A stretch of 60,086 nt of DNA, filler included, from Trypethelium eluteriae (lineage: Eukaryota): the NCBI GenBank assembly GCA_051942245.1. It is 3 parts of 3 records of this genome, joined end to end, with 100 filler letters (N's around TTAATTAATTAA, not from the genome) between each part and the next. Parts side by side here need not be neighbours in the genome. Positions count along the whole stretch, not along the records: positions 1 to 19,970 come from JAVECL010000507.1; 2 more parts are not named here. The stretch is one strand, 5' to 3'. The position numbers and the translations under genes are program-made. Below, piece by piece: positions 1-14,371 of the stretch. Numbering within the stretch: position 1 is the stretch's first letter; each line of letters opens with the position of its first letter. The notes beneath the pieces are model-generated. The model saw only the letters and a program-made list of their open reading frames with translations, did no database searches and was not told the origin of the DNA.

Positions 1-44
1 CTCCCCACCCGCTTCCAGCCCCCATCCCAGAATTTCATCCCCAC

Positions 45-981
45 TCACCTGAACCAATTCCTGACCCCCACGATTCCCGCCACCACCACGGCATAGACGG
101 CCAGCAGCGCGCTCCACCCGCCATCCTTGCCCCACTGGCCCTGCCCCACACTCAGCGCCACCAAGTCGTACGCGAGGCACGCGCCAAAGATCCAGTCCGT
201 CGCGGGCGCCAGCGCCAGCGACACGAACCCGACGCCTGTGAGCAGCTTGGTGAGGGCGGAGGGCGACTGGCGCACGGCGAAGGCGGCGGCGGCGTTGTGC
301 AGCAGGTCGAGGATGCCGATGCCGGCGAAGGTCTTGGCGACGAGGTGGGTGAGCAGCGAGGACGGGGAGCGCGGGTTGAGTCGCTGGTCGGGTCGGGCGA
401 GGACGGCGAAGAGGTAGGTTAGTTGGGTGAGGGTGTTGAGGGTGACGAGGAGGTGGGACAGCGTTAGGTGGGATGCGTTCCAAAAGAACATCCAGGCTGG
501 AGTTAGAGGAAAAGAAGAGAGTTAGCAATTGGGGTTATACGGAAATTTGGGGGACGGAGAGGGGAAGCTCGATGGGGTGAGTGGGTCTGTTCCGTCTTGA
601 TGAGGTAGTTGGTTGACCGGTTTGGGCATGTTGGCCTACGAAGTCTTCGAGAGATTGCCGGATATGAAAGACAGACTCACTCCCGATACAAATATTTCCC
701 ACTATGTACCACGGAACGTATGACTTTAATTTATTGACTTCCTCCTCTTCCTTGACATTCCTTGGTTCTTTGACACTGAGTCTCCAGAGTCTCGATAGCC
801 AGATCACCTGTACCACCTGTTGTGGAAGGAAGAATGCGCCGATGAAATATGCATTCGGTGACCAGAAGCTCATATTCCGGTCATGCACATCTTTCATCGA
901 TGGAGTCGAGAGGATGCCAAACAATTGAGCGAGAAAGTCGTATAGGAAGGCCGCTGAGGCCGCATAGGGAGCGACCACCAT
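45..981 (-). CDS. Multi-pass membrane protein of unknown function; exons 981-681 and 496-45
   Basis: ORFs 535..981 and 45..491 join in frame through intron 497-680 (GTGAGT...CTAAC...CAG), giving ...GNICIGTWMFFWN...; several hydrophobic segments. Confidence 0.75.
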
Positions 982-3072
982 TGCTGTGGATGCTTGAGAG
1001 GTCGTATATTAGGACGAGAGGGGCGTCTTGGAATGACGGAGGCGCAGAAGGATCGCAGTTGCGTCGTTTTGGAAAATATTTAGGGGGTGCGACTGGTGGC
1101 AAGAGTTACGCGAATTGAAGCATACATGGACGCACAGAGACGTAATGCAGACGTGAGCCGGGTCCGAGTAGATGAAAAGAAGATCGGAAGCAGGTGTTAA
1201 GCTATTTACATGGTAAAGTGGTTTCTCGATGATCAGAACTGGTAGAAGCTCGATGAACGTCACAATTGCGCCTCGTCGGCGTTTCGGCGTAGTAGGACTC
1301 CACCACCCACCGCCTCTAGCACCATTCATCAATGCTACCTTAATGCTTTTGCTTTCCTGAGATACATATAGTGAACTCTCTTTCTTGGGGTTCTAAGATA
1401 ATTTTCTGACAATTTGCCCCTTCGTGCTAGTAAATGTATCCTTCATGTACGCGAACGAGCCCAAGCGCTCCCAAGATCTCATAGTCGAAAGCCAATACAA
1501 CAATCACAATCGCGATTGCCAGTCCTAGCGTTAGCCGCGACCGCGGTCTCTGTAGTGCAGCAGAACTCAAAATCCTCGCCATCGCTGCTCTGAAATGATG
1601 AACACATCCAGTCAGATCATATCACTTTGTAGTAGGGATCTGAGCGCAGAGTACCTGAGTTCTAGATCTTGTGGGAGAGTAATCTTTGAAGTGCACGGCT
1701 TCAATCTGGCGTGGGCAAAACGTTCATAATTCTGAACTCCAGTAGAAGTGGTCGTCTTCGCAGCGTCAAATGTAGGTGACACCTATCCAAGTGCCAGCTG
1801 TCAGAGGCCGGTTGGGACGTCGACGAAATCCTCAAATCATTGCGAGAGAAAAAGTCAAAGTGTGTATTGAAGGTAAAAGCACGGCGCTTTTTATTTAGGA
1901 GGAGGCTTCCATGTTTAATTCAGTTCCTGGTGGCACGGTGGTCCTCGATGACGAATAGTGTAAGATTGCAGGGATGATACTAGGATCCGCCTCATATATG
2001 CACTACACGTCTCAACCATATCGCTTTGAACTTATCTTTCGGAAGACTTCAATCAGTAGTGTGAAGCGAGTACACCCGTAACACATAGCTCTTGAAGCTC
2101 AGTGAGGTAACAAGTGGTGCACAAAATCATGCGATACGAAAAATAGACTTCAAATGGACGCTTAGCGGGTGGCACGAAGTCCGTCTTTGATGTACCATAC
2201 TTCGGCTTTGGAAACATGCTGCCACCAATACTTCGGTACAATGTCTCGTTCGATAATTTCCGTGTGACTGCTACGACTGCAGTCAGTAATAGTTGGAGAT
2301 GTCCTTTCTTTGACGGTACCACGGGAAGTGATTGACATCAAAGATATATCCCAAAGGTTGTATAACCGTCTACATGCAATTTCAACCACTCAGGATTGCT
2401 GAGCCCCAACGAGTAACAACTCTGTGGAATACGGTCAGAGTAGTTATGGCACATCGGGTCATCACTTGTGAAATACTACACAAATGGAAAATAGCAAGAT
2501 TAGAATCTGCAGGCTTAAACCTGCGTCTCTTAATATTCAGCTATCTAATCATCTACTTCACTGTCCCTGCTCTCCGTGTGATCCATATTAAGCTGTCCTT
2601 GTTGCAAACAAGCGTGTTCCTTGCTACTTTGTCTTCCGTCTTTATAGTACTGAGTAACCACCCAAAGCGGCCGTGATGTTTCCTCGATACGCCCTGATAT
2701 GCTTGTCTATTTCGTTGAGAAGCATGAAAACAATAACTCGCTAGCAAGATGCAAGTTGAGTGGGTTTCCGTCCCAACCAATACAGAACTCCATGATGATG
2801 CAATGATATTTTGCTTGAACGCAAGAATTGCAGAAGGATGGGGAAAAACAAGAGAAACAAAACAAAAGTTACAAATGCAAATGCAATATAGCACATTCCG
2901 TTCGATCATGAGTGCATCATATGCTGCCGTAATTTGGTAGCAATGGAAACCAGACCCGTCATTCTATTAATACATCGTCTCCCGAAGTTTCTTCACTTTT
3001 GACTGCTTTTCACGTCCTCGACGATTTTCCCAAAGATTGAATATGCTTTCTTGTCTTTATTTCTGGCGACTC

Positions 3073-5161
3073 CTAGCCGCGGAAATTGGGTTGCGGAACC
3101 GGCTGCGGTAGCTGCATCCAGTTTTGGCCCTGTGACATTGGCATGTGTAGATCGGAAGTCGTGTTGTGGTCCCACACCGGCAGCACACCTGGCCTCTTCT
3201 CTCTGACCGACTTTCCAAGTGGCTGATAATGCATTGCATTGGCTGATACAGTGGGTGCATTCTGTACAGAGCCCGACGGGGGGTGCTGGAGAAGCGTATT
3301 GACCTGGCGGACTGGCCGGTAGGGAGAATTGCGCTGGAAGAGGAAGTAGGATGGTGAGAGTTGAGTTGGTGGTTGCGACTGGGTAGCAGAAGATGGAAAC
3401 CCGGCCGATGTTGGTGAGACATTGGCAGAATTGGGATATGGACTATGTTGCTTGGAGGGGTGATCGTAGGAAGCCGTACTGGTAAGGACATGGGGACGTT
3501 GTGGTGGACCAGATGATGTGGGTACCGCGGATGGCGTAGACCAGCTTACAGGCGGTGGGTAGATAGATTGAGGTGTCGTTCCTCCAGAATGTTGAATGGG
3601 AGGCAATTGGTGAGCTTGGCGTAAAGGAGCGCAGTTCCCGGTGTTGCTACTTTGCTGCGGAACAGAGAGTCTAGGTAGCTCTAAGCGAGATCCGCTGGCA
3701 CTACTATAAGGAGTGCCTGCCGTTCCTGAAGTCACAGTGCCTGGCGTCAGTGTCATCGACGTGGCAGGGGATGGGGTGGTGGTAGATGAATATGATTGTG
3801 GATAAGGTCTTGAGAGCCTCTTTGGATGTGGCTCATAGACAGTCTCATCAACGCTCCGTTTTCTGCCGTTCCTAAGATCCAATTCAGGCAATGGTCCATT
3901 GTATAGACTGGGTGGTGTCTTGGAATATGCGGTTCGATGAGGCGAAGTTGTGGCCTGGAATGGGGGTGAGGCGTGATTTGAGCCTGGAGGTGAAGGTAAG
4001 GTGGGAGGAATCAAGACTGTAGGAGTCGGAGGACCACGTGGTTGAGACTGTAATCTCTCGAGAGGTGGTCTTGAAGCTGCTTCGATGTAGGCGGCAAACT
4101 TCCCCAGTTTGATGTGCCACTCCTTCCATTGCTTCTCTGACGTGAAAAGGCTGTACCTCATGTTGCTCAGAAATTCAACTTCCATGACGTGTACTTCGCT
4201 GACTGAGATCCCTGAAACCTCAGCCCATGTCTTATTGGTGTAGGTGTTATCATCCAAGACTAGTCACGTTTCATGTCAGCTAATCACACTTGCGCCCGTG
4301 AAAGCATGCGGGCTTACATTTATTTCCCAACATCAAGGCAACCGTGAGTAACCGGTATTCACTGCCAGGTTTGCCTTTCACCGTGGGATTTGACTTCTTG
4401 AGCCGGTATACGAAGAGTAAAGCCAGAATTATGACGTGCTGAGCCACCTGTGTTGTCGACAGAATTGTTGTGACCCATTTTCTGAATCCGGTTGTGGGAA
4501 TTGCATCTTGGACGAGTGGCTTTGCATTCAGGACTGGGTTGCGTGCATCCTCGATTTCAGCAAGTGTGGTGGAAGACTCGAACCAGAATAAGCATGTGAT
4601 CTGCATTCAAAAGTCAGTGAAGGTTTTTTTTACCAAAGCCCACCCTGTGATACGTACTTGGGCTGCCAGCTCAGACAAGCTTCCTCCAGTATTGTTGATT
4701 GAGCGAGGTATTTGGAGAAATGGTGCTATCGAGTTGTTGCTCGAACTCTTCCCCTGACTTGACTGATCTATCTGCCGAGACTGATCTTGACTTTGTGAGA
4801 AAGGTGTGAGAGGCCGGCTGCTAGACATTTGGTTGACGCTGCTGGATTGAGGGGCGTTCGAGCTGGGATAATTGACTGGCGGAATCCTTTGTCTATAGCC
4901 CGGGACCTCGTGATGTTGAGTAGCACGGTGGTCATATTGCATTGTATGATGAGCAGCAGTATTCATGTCCGAAGGTGGAGTTGGAGGTCTAGTCTGTGGG
5001 GGCAGAGCTTGCTTCGACCAGTCAGAAGGTAGCCAGGAGCTGCTCTGCCGTCGAGATGGTGGAAGAGAGCGTAGGGTGGAGCTCGACCGTGAAGGGAAAG
5101 ATGGAGCAGATTCGAAATGAGGCATCGAATGCTGCGGAGGCGGAATTCCTATTGTAGACAT
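3073..5161 (-). CDS. Cyclin-domain protein, Pho85-cyclin/Clg1-like; exons 5161-4658, 4600-4318, 4259-3073
   Basis: Spliced product contains the cyclin box GSEYRLLTVALMLGNKFLDDNTYTNKTWAEVSGI..EVHVMEVEFL; canonical introns 4601-4657 and 4260-4317; Pro/Ser-rich tails. Confidence 0.9.
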
Positions 5162-6076
5162 GGAGTAGTTTATGGATTGTCCTTTGAAGGTGGAGAATCA
5201 AGCAGCTGTGTGGCCTTCATCCAGGAGGGAGTGATGATGGTCCGTCTTCAAAGGTCGAGATGGTCACCTGGTGGTAGACAATAAGGTATTCAAAGACGCG
5301 GTGGGGAACGTAAAGTTTGTATTGCAGGCATTTCCGGAATGGTGAATAATCAATGAGCCGCCCTTTCCCTGAAACGTGCAGGCTGCGAGAAAGAGGTTCT
5401 TTAGTGGGCAAGCAAGGAGCGTGGTCGGTAATAAAGCCAAGTTATGTACGTGAGCAACTCCAAATATGCAGAACTTCGCTTGAAGAAGGCGATCATACGC
5501 TAGAGGATGACCCGTCAAGGGCAGTCCGGGGGGAGGAGCAGCTGGATTTCTGGTACTGAGACTGGTTAGGCAAAGTGAGAAAAGTGAGCTTCGTGTACGG
5601 ATAGAAAGAATTATTCACAGCCGGTGGGGGTAGGCAGTGACGATATTAGCAACCCTTAGGGCGATTAGGGTGGGTGACAGCGACTAGCGACGAGGGGATC
5701 CTCACAACGCTGTGCCTTCCGGAAAGGTGAATTAAGATTTGTGGCAACCATGGCGGAACGGAGATTTGAATCTGTTGACCAAACGCCAGGTCACGGAGGC
5801 CAGCGCGGTGGGATCAATTCTACGGCAAGTAGTGAGGTTAGGTTAGGTTGTGCGGTGTCCACGATCAGACAGATTCGCTCGTCAGTCGGCCAGGCGAGCG
5901 CTTTGCCGGAATGTTCCAGGCATGGATGTGCAGAAACACGGCCAGCAACCCCATGAGGCCGATCGTCATTGGATCCCAGCCGGCGACGCAGTCGCGGCGG
6001 CAGAGGTTGATGTCAGAGCAGCCAACGTCGCCGTCCGCATCGTGAATTGGCGGCCGAGCGCACAAGGGCCTTTTTT

Positions 6077-6122
6077 CATGGGCCATCATGGGCCATCATG
6101 GACCATCAATGGACCTTCATGG
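6077..6122. repeat. Short tandem repeat of a 10-mer (GGCCATCATG, 2 exact and 2 degenerate copies)
   Basis: ggccatcatg ggccatcatg gaccatcaat ggaccttcat read directly. Confidence 0.8.
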
Positions 6123-9100
6123 CTGGCCTTGCCCTCATACGAATCCCATGGAACTCCTTCCTCACAGCCCATCCCCACCCCGGCCCGCCCAGCCAATCAC
6201 ACACGACGGCGGAGCCAGCGCGCAACCCCCAGCTACAGCTAACTACAGGCGAGCAGCCAAAGTAGCAGCGACGCCGCGTGCCGCAACTTTGGAGATACCG
6301 GTACGCATAGCTAGCCCTAGAAGCGTGTCCTAACTAGAAGCAGCTGCTGCCGGATCATGGATGCCAGCAGCTCCTTAGGCGGCGTGTTGATGGATCGGAA
6401 GAGAGAACAGTGCGAGGGCCAGCCTCAGGCTGATGATGCGCCAAGATTGGCTCACTGCTTGGATGCATTGGTGTTAATTGGCCGAACGCGGCTAGCGCGG
6501 AACCGCGTCCGAGGCGCAACTGAGTGAGTGAGGATGGTGTGTGTGCGCGTGTGGCAGCTGGAAGCAGCGAGCTGTGCTGGGATCACCAGTGCTGCTTGGT
6601 GCTGCTTGGTGCTGGTGCCGGTGCGGTACTGGGGGCCAAGGCTTGGGCTTGGTCTTGGTCTTGGGCTTGAGGGGCTGGCTTACCTAGGCACCTAGGTAGG
6701 CTTGGAGGAGCGTGAGGAGGTGCGGTGCGGTTGCGCTGCTGCGGTGGCTCCGTGGCCCGGATCAGGATCAGGGATGGCCATCAGTGCCATCATGGATCTG
6801 GCCGGTCTGGCTGGTCTGGCTGGTCACAATCAATTCCTGACGCGGTCTGAGATGGAAAATGGCTCCAAACTGCTGATTCGGTGGGAAGAATGGGGGGGGC
6901 TCGTGTGCCAATCAGACATGCCGAAGCAGGTTTGGCGCCACTGAACCTTCGTCTACGACCCAGATTATGCGAGCGCGCATCGCTGCCATCTCATCGCTGA
7001 CCGACGCGCGCCCTCCCACCCCTCGCAGGCCCTTCACGGCACTCACTGACTGCACTCCTGGGGGGCCGTCCTCCGTCAAGTCGCCTTGACCATGCACTCC
7101 TTGTCTTGCCCCGTTCCACTTCCTTAGAGCACGTTCGTTTTGGCCACAAACTCGAGCACCCGGGGGGCCGCATGGTTACAACGGCAACTGGCAACTGGCA
7201 ACTGGCGACTGCATTCTGCTTGCTCCGTATCTGTCTAGTCATACGGGGCACCTAGTTAGAGGAGGCGTCGCGCTCATCGTCATGCCTGGGCCTCCTATTT
7301 CTTCCTGCCGGTTCGTGCCAACCAACCGCGCTGCCAACCAATATCTATTCGTGACAAAAAAGATTCGATCCTCAGAAGGAGGTCCAGCGGCGGAGTCTCA
7401 TCTCAGTCATCCCATAGCGCTCAGCCAAGCCATCGCATCAGAAACTCAAGAAGCTCGGGTATAAAATTTGATTAGGCATCGCCGACTATGTACTATCTAC
7501 GTGCCGCTGATGCATTCAATAATTGTACGGGTGATCAGGAGTGAGATGCGAATCGTGCGTTAGTTGCAAGTCTCCACCGGCCCTAACAGAAACAGCAATG
7601 GATGGGCACTCGGAACAGGAAATTGTTCTCATACGGCGAGTGTCAGATACACGGCAAGGCAAAGTGGAATGAGATTGACGTGCAGCCAGCACGCTGGTAT
7701 GCTCGTACGGCCATCATGCTTGCACTTGTGGATGCATTTCGGTTTGATTGCTCCTTTTCCGTACATGCTTGTTGACCGCCGGTTGTCAAATCGGGAGCGT
7801 TGCGTTGCGTCTGAACGATGCGGTCCTGTGTTTCGGTCCAGCCGGTTCACAGGTATGGACTTGTGGATGGTGTCGTCGTAAACCTTGAAAAGATCAAGGC
7901 CGACCCTTATGATAGGCCTAGCCCTGGCTGAGCACCTTGATTTGTCTTACTATAGTGACTCGCCGTAAGGTACCGAAAAGCCACATCGACCTGATGCTCC
8001 TGGGGGCGATAACAATGTAACGAGTTCCCACCCTTTGTCATCCACGTTTCCGCTTCCCCGTCAGGATGTGCGCGTCGAAGCCTGAAGACTGCTTCAAGTG
8101 AGAGCCACTTGCGGCATCCAGTGCCTCCGAGAGAGGAACGAGGCGTTGCAGATGGCAATTTAGGAGAGTAGGCAGGGTAGAGTTTGAGCAAGCTTGCGCC
8201 GCATCAAGCCGCAGTACGGAGTACGGGAGTACACACCTATGAAGGTGTCCAGTGATGATATCTGTACCCTGGCACGCCTGGCCAAACAAGTACAGCAGCC
8301 ATGCCTCTCTCCCACGCTCTCCCACTCCGTACATACATGATTCAACATCCGCCTGTTCTTGCCCCTCCCACCCTTTCCTTTCAATATAGCTCACTCTAAC
8401 CCAGTTCAGCCTTGTGCCGAAAGCGGTTATTTCACTAACAACCCGGTCGCACGCAGAAAAAAAGAGAAAGGCCGCCCTGCCCACTCGAAGTATGAGCAAG
8501 ACAGTCCCAACAACGCCCGCTAAAATCTACACCAGGTCTCGGCCCGCTACTGCAAGTTGGTCGTTCATCGGGACCGAGCAAAACGAAAGTGTGCATCCTA
8601 GAAAGCAAACACCGTCAGCTTCCTGGCGGGTTTTAGACGCCGCACCAGCTGACGTTGGAGCGAAGAAATGAATCGCCCGTGACGTGGAGTATTTGTCGAA
8701 CATGATGCGTATTAATCGACCAGCCACCAATCCTATGTCGCACCTTCCGTGCCGGCCAAATTGGTGCATAGATGCTCGTAGGCAACCTTTCGCTTCATAT
8801 GACAAAGCACATGATGCGCATACGAGGCAGCAGTGTTGTTTTATCGCCAAGCAAGGGCGCCTGAACGGATAAAAAAAATGTTTGATGAGCATCGTCCAAC
8901 AAGCGACCGGCACATGCCGCAGCTTTCTTCCCCTCCAATCTTCCAGAAGCAAGCCTCTTTTGCGACCAAGACGGCGAAAACGAAATTCCGGCGGCGACGT
9001 GCACTTGTTCTGGCATCTGCATCCTGCAACGTCTTGACAAGCGAGCAAACACATCTGCGACAAGACTCCATGGGTTGCTCAATGTGAGATCGACACAATC

Positions 9101-12100
9101 TCCACTGTTGCTAGCCTAAGTTCAAAGTTAATGCACGACGACGAAAGCTACCAATGCCCTCAATAGGGTTACCAAGTCCCAACTCGATCGGTGTGGGAAG
9201 GGATCCGAAACATGGTACACAAATAAAATCTTGTGCATTCAACCGCCGATAGCAGCAGACTGGAATTCTTGTGATCCTATGACCCAGGCTCGAAACTAAT
9301 ATGCCATGCGTGTTTCGTTCCCTCGTTCACCCACGGGGCCGCCGAGTCATCGCGATAGTAAGTAGCTCCGTACTGTAGTAAGGTCCTGCCTTGCCTTGCC
9401 TCTGTCCTTGAGGACACTACATGATGCGTCCGCTGAACCGTTGGCCTATACGCGCCAGTGCTGCAAAAGGGATCATCGATAGGTACGGCAAGCCTTGGCT
9501 ACTGGCGGAAGGGATTCGCGCTCAGCCCGTGGCCCCGCCATGTATCTTGAAGTTTGCAGCAGAGAAATTGCCCCTCGGTCACAGTGATAGCCGGCGTGGA
9601 CGAGTGGCTTGTATCGCATGTCGAGTCGAGCTAGGAGCAGAGTCGTAGGATCGAAGGAAATCGCGACGATAGAGTTCCACCCACGCGACTCGGGCACGAG
9701 TCACCCACGCTAGGCTCGGTTGGGGCAGATTATTGGCTTCCCTTCTGCCCCGCTGACACCCGCCACAGCCAAGACTCTCGCACGCTTCATTAAGGGGCGG
9801 GGTTCTGCTGCGGGCTAAGGAGCTGATCTCGACTCCGTGAGCCGCCCGGCGTAAGGCGGTAAAAGGCTGAAGGGAGCCCTGTTGCTCCGTATACTGGGAT
9901 GCGAGTGGCCTGGTCAAATCAAGAGACATTCTGCACCCGTGATAGCCGCATTGACAGCTGTGGCGGCAAGTAAGTTGTAGTGAAAGCCCGGATGGATATG
10001 GAACGCTTGATGATGCAGTCATTACCCCTGTACCCCCGGAATCCCGGTCATCCCATCATCCAAATGACAAGAAGCAAAAAAACCTGCAGGGTAGGCTTCC
10101 GAAGCAATAGCCCCAAGGCTCTTTTTTTCTAATCTTCGTGGCCGTCCTTGGCTTGCTTGACCCCAGAAGCGTGGCCTTGCCGACACCTTAGCGCGATCTA
10201 GACAAATGTATTCCTGCTTAGTTTTACTCTTCGACGAATATTCCACGGCACGGCTTTGACTGCAACACCCTTTTGCCTGAATCTCGGCTCTGCCACAGAG
10301 GCAGACTGTGGGAAACCGCGCAAACGGGTTCCATTCGTCTACGAGTTTTGTATGCACGATGTCAATCGACACGCGTTCAGGGCTATGAATCCATGAAACG
10401 TTGATCAAATATGCACGATATGAGCGTCCGAGCAGTTATCGACTCAATGGACAGGCCCAAAAACACTGGAGACTGGTCGATGAAGCTGAAGATCGCCTCC
10501 ATATTCTTGGCTATTACGTTGGATACAGGCACGTTAGTCTAACAACAGTTAACACATGCAAGACCTCACCACTCCTTCCATGTCCACTAAATAAACGATG
10601 ATGAGAAAGGTCTAAGACTTTTGGTTTCTTTGTTTTTTCTTTTTTTTGGTAACTTTGCCTGGGAGTAAGAATATCGAGCCGACACAGGATATTCCTCATC
10701 GGTCCCCCTTGCTGTCCGGCTGGTGAATATCCACTTCTGTGATGACAGTTGCGACCAACCGATTTCGATGCAGCTAAGCGATGGACGTGATGTCGAATCT
10801 TTTGCCACCTTCACGTAGTCATTGCCCGCCTCCGCGCTTTCCTGCAATGACGGCGTTTGGCGTTCAGAAGTAAACGTTGCTCTCGTGTGACCAGGTTCGA
10901 CGATGCTTTGGGCCAATAATCCGTGAACTCACGTCCATACGCCGTCACGACTCATAATGCAGGACGCTACGTTGCTTGTAATGTTAGATGGAGGCCGTGC
11001 CGGGTCGTGTTACTCCTAGCCTGACCACTACTTCACAATACTCCGAATCTCGAGGATGCCGGGCGTCTCGCCCGTGACCCAGGCGTCCCGTCATGTCCAC
11101 GATCCCTAAAATTTTCTTCTTTGCATGCATTGTCAGTGTTTTGTCTTTCAACTTGCTGGTCCGGAGGCTGACACCGACCTCCCAGATCGGGCAAAGATAG
11201 ACCCACCGCCTTCCGGCTTTCCCTCAGCCTGAAGGAGGGGGCTTTTCGAATCGTCTAACGCGTCCATTGCTTGTTCGTTCGTGCAGGCGAAGAAAAGAGA
11301 CACTGCCTAGCAACACATGAGACCGGCCTTTCCCCTCGGCGGACCCCTCAAGCCGCATGCAAGGAGAAGGGCATGAAATAATGAGAGAACCTAGCCACGC
11401 CATGGAATGTTCTCCCTTGGTAGTTGGGTACCCTGCAGACCACACCACTCCATCGGATCCCTTCAATTACTTTCTCTCATATTCTGCCGTCAGCAACACT
11501 ACGCGTCGCGAAGGCAACTCACACCACCACTGCCTAAGATCTCCGTATCCTGATCCGCTAAATCGTGGCCACAAGCATTACTCGAGGCCAAATTGGTGCG
11601 TAGACAACACCATCTTGCTTTCAGGGTAATACAGTTTGCTGCAGCCACCGCTCCATGCTTGTTGGGGCAAACCGCCGCGCAGTCCCGAACATCTGATTGC
11701 GACCTTCACTGGACTTGCCCTAGTGTATCATCATCCTTCGCTTCGAGTATTACTGTTGATACACGAGCCAGTGCGATCTTTTCAGGTGGTGTTCCCGATC
11801 GCGTCATCCACTAGACTAATCTCTTCTCCATGTCTCTCCGTTCGGTCTTTGATATTGCTTACTTGGCGCTGCATGTAGTGCAATGTACCATTTGCTCGTT
11901 CTATCCAACACCTGTTCCTTCCATTCGCTTGTTGCACTGCGTCGAGCTGGGACTGGGGTTCGCTACGACTTATGCTTGTCATGCTGAAACGCATTTCTCC
12001 ACTCAAAATTTCGCCGCATGGATCCTAATAATGGACCGGGAATACCAACAAACGAGTTAGCGCTATTCTCACATGAAGCGTATTCCCGTATATCCAAGTG

Positions 12101-12931
12101 ACTGGATTTTTAGTTACCCCAGGCTGTACTCCCTACAATTACAGTACAGTAGTGCCAACTTCAACTCAATCTCTGCCTAATGTACCTCCTCCAGGATGCA
12201 GTCTTGGAATGAACTAACTTGCTTATCTCCCTGTACCCTTCCCAAGGCAGATTCGCGAAACTTTACCTTACGCACCTTCATATAGAACCAACGCCGAGTG
12301 ATGATTAACCTGGACCTCGTCATTCCCGGACCCAGCAAGAACATCCCGTCTGACTCAATATGAGCCACGGATCTCTATGCCGTACAAACCAAAGAAAGAA
12401 TTCTCCGGGCGCGAGAACTCTACAGCTTAACATCAGCGTCGGGCACGGCTGAAGACGCGGTTCGATCCAAATTTAGCTACATAGGTCCTCCTATGGTCCG
12501 CGGTCTTCAGTGGCATTCCGTTGATGCAAGAAGATGGCGCCGACCTATACACCGGTGGTCTGCAATCTTCCGCGAGAGTAGTGTCATTAACAGACGAAAG
12601 TTGGGACCAAGTCGCAACACCCTCGCTCAGCCAGTAGATGCGGGCTTGGTTAGACTCGTAGTCTACCATAGAGAAAAGAACCTCAAGGAACGTTGGCCAG
12701 AGCTTTGACTTATGCATTTATCGACAAACAATGCTACTACGCAGTATGGAGTACACCACCAAGATCCAGCAATTTGCCGGACTACGACACGGAGGAGCGA
12801 TCCTCTCATCTGCCCCTACAGCTATCGGCAGCACGGCATCCCCCTATGTCTCATCACTTTGCTTTCGCCATATCGAGCGCACCAATTTCTCTGAACTCTC
12901 CCTACCTACCAAAATTCCTTCTGCGTCATCT

Positions 12932-14371
12932 CTACCACAACCGCCCCTCCTCCCTCTTCTTACCATCCTTCGCTGTCTGCCCCAACCCCTTTGCCTTCTT
13001 CGCCTCCAACCTCTTCTCCCTCTCCCTAGCCTGTACTACCGCGGTCTTGAAGAACAGACTGGGCCCTTCCCCTTCCGCCAGCGTGTGCGCAAGATACCCA
13101 CGATGCGCTGGATCCCGGTAATACTCGATTGCCTTCCGTGACGCCGGATTCGGCAGACGATACCGGTAGCCAAGAGTGTATTCGTAGCGACCCTTTTCGA
13201 GGGTCGATGCACCAGCTATATTACTGGCGAGCGCTGCTGTCGAAGCCGTTTCCGTGTCTGTAGTGGCGGCGCTGGTATCCGCGGATTGCGAGGCCGAAGT
13301 GATGGGCGGTAGTGCGGATAGGGTAAGAGGGATAGGCTGAGAGAGGACAGAGGCGAGGGGTGGGTTGATTGGGAAGTTTTCGAGGGGCCCGGTCGGATGC
13401 GATTGCCCGCGCAGAATCCGTCGGATACTCTGCCAGGTGTAGTAGCGGGTCATGACCTGTCCCCCGGCGCGCTCGACGGCATCGATGGCGGAAGCGGAGG
13501 CGCGAGAGACAACGATGTTGATTGGGTGGGTGAGCTTGTGGGCGTCCTGTAAGAAGGAAAATATTTAGTAAGAAACATGATTGTCGTCATGCGGTAAGGA
13601 GATATTGGAAACAATCATAGAAGGGGAAGAAAGAAGACTTTATTGGTCTTACCCGTGCCAGAAGCTTCACACCGTCTGCCTTGACACCATGAAGACATCG
13701 AGAATCATTGAGCTCCTTTAGTGTGATGGGTTTCGAGGTGTCGAGACGGCCCTCGTCAATCCAGGTCTGCAATCTGTCGAGATTGAGAGGTGATAATTCG
13801 GCTGCGAAGCTGTTCAGACTCCTAATTAGCAAATCTCCGAATGTCGATCCTACAGCCTGAAGACGTATTGGGTTGGATGCTATGTTAACTCCACCTAGTG
13901 ATTTACTGGCCGAGCAACATCGCCACTAATTCCCATATCTATAGCCTCCTCCTCTTCAAAAGGTGTCTGATGTGACTATCATACGACGTTCCACGCAAAC
14001 AAGGTTCTGACTCACACATTCTTGAAGCCTCTCTTTCCCTTCACGACTTCCTCCTTCGTCTGTCCACCGGTAAATCCCCTTGGTACCTTGCCATGTTGTT
14101 TCTGTCCTTTGTGGCCTCGTCCACTTGTCTTTCCTTTCCCACTGGCTGGACCCCGACCACGCCTAATCTTCTTGCTGTATGCACCAGATGGAGACGTGAG
14201 ATTGGACAGAACAGATGCGTTGCGGTTGTTTCGAAGTCGTTGAGATGGTTGGCTACAGCTGGGTAGTTGAGGATGCAGAAAAGGGAGGAGAAACGGCGCA
14301 ATCGAATTTGGCCCTAGCGATTTGGATACAATACAGGATGTGCGAACTGGAAATTGGAGTCGAGGAGGCAT
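12932..14371 (-). CDS. MRPL10: Mitochondrial ribosomal protein uL15m (YmL10-like); exons 14371-14016, 13809-13653, 13546-12932
   Basis: uL15 signature RRGRGPASGKGKTSGRGHKGQKQHG..GFTGGQT, then PLNLDRLQTWID..ITLKEL..GVKLLA and YYRDPAHRGYL; Arg-rich presequence-like N-terminus; two canonical introns. Confidence 0.93.

Noticed and set aside
1588..1658. Box C (ATGATGA) and CTGA with a short flanking stem, snoRNA-like
   Set aside because: The C-to-D spacing is short and I could not identify a convincing rRNA-complementary guide.
1900..2650. Possible decayed gene on the minus strand (TATAAA, ATG, several TAG/TAA interruptions)
   Set aside because: No recognisable family; a translated homology search would be needed.
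12177..12717. Short minus-strand ORFs downstream of uL15m
   Set aside because: No motifs or coherent splice model.
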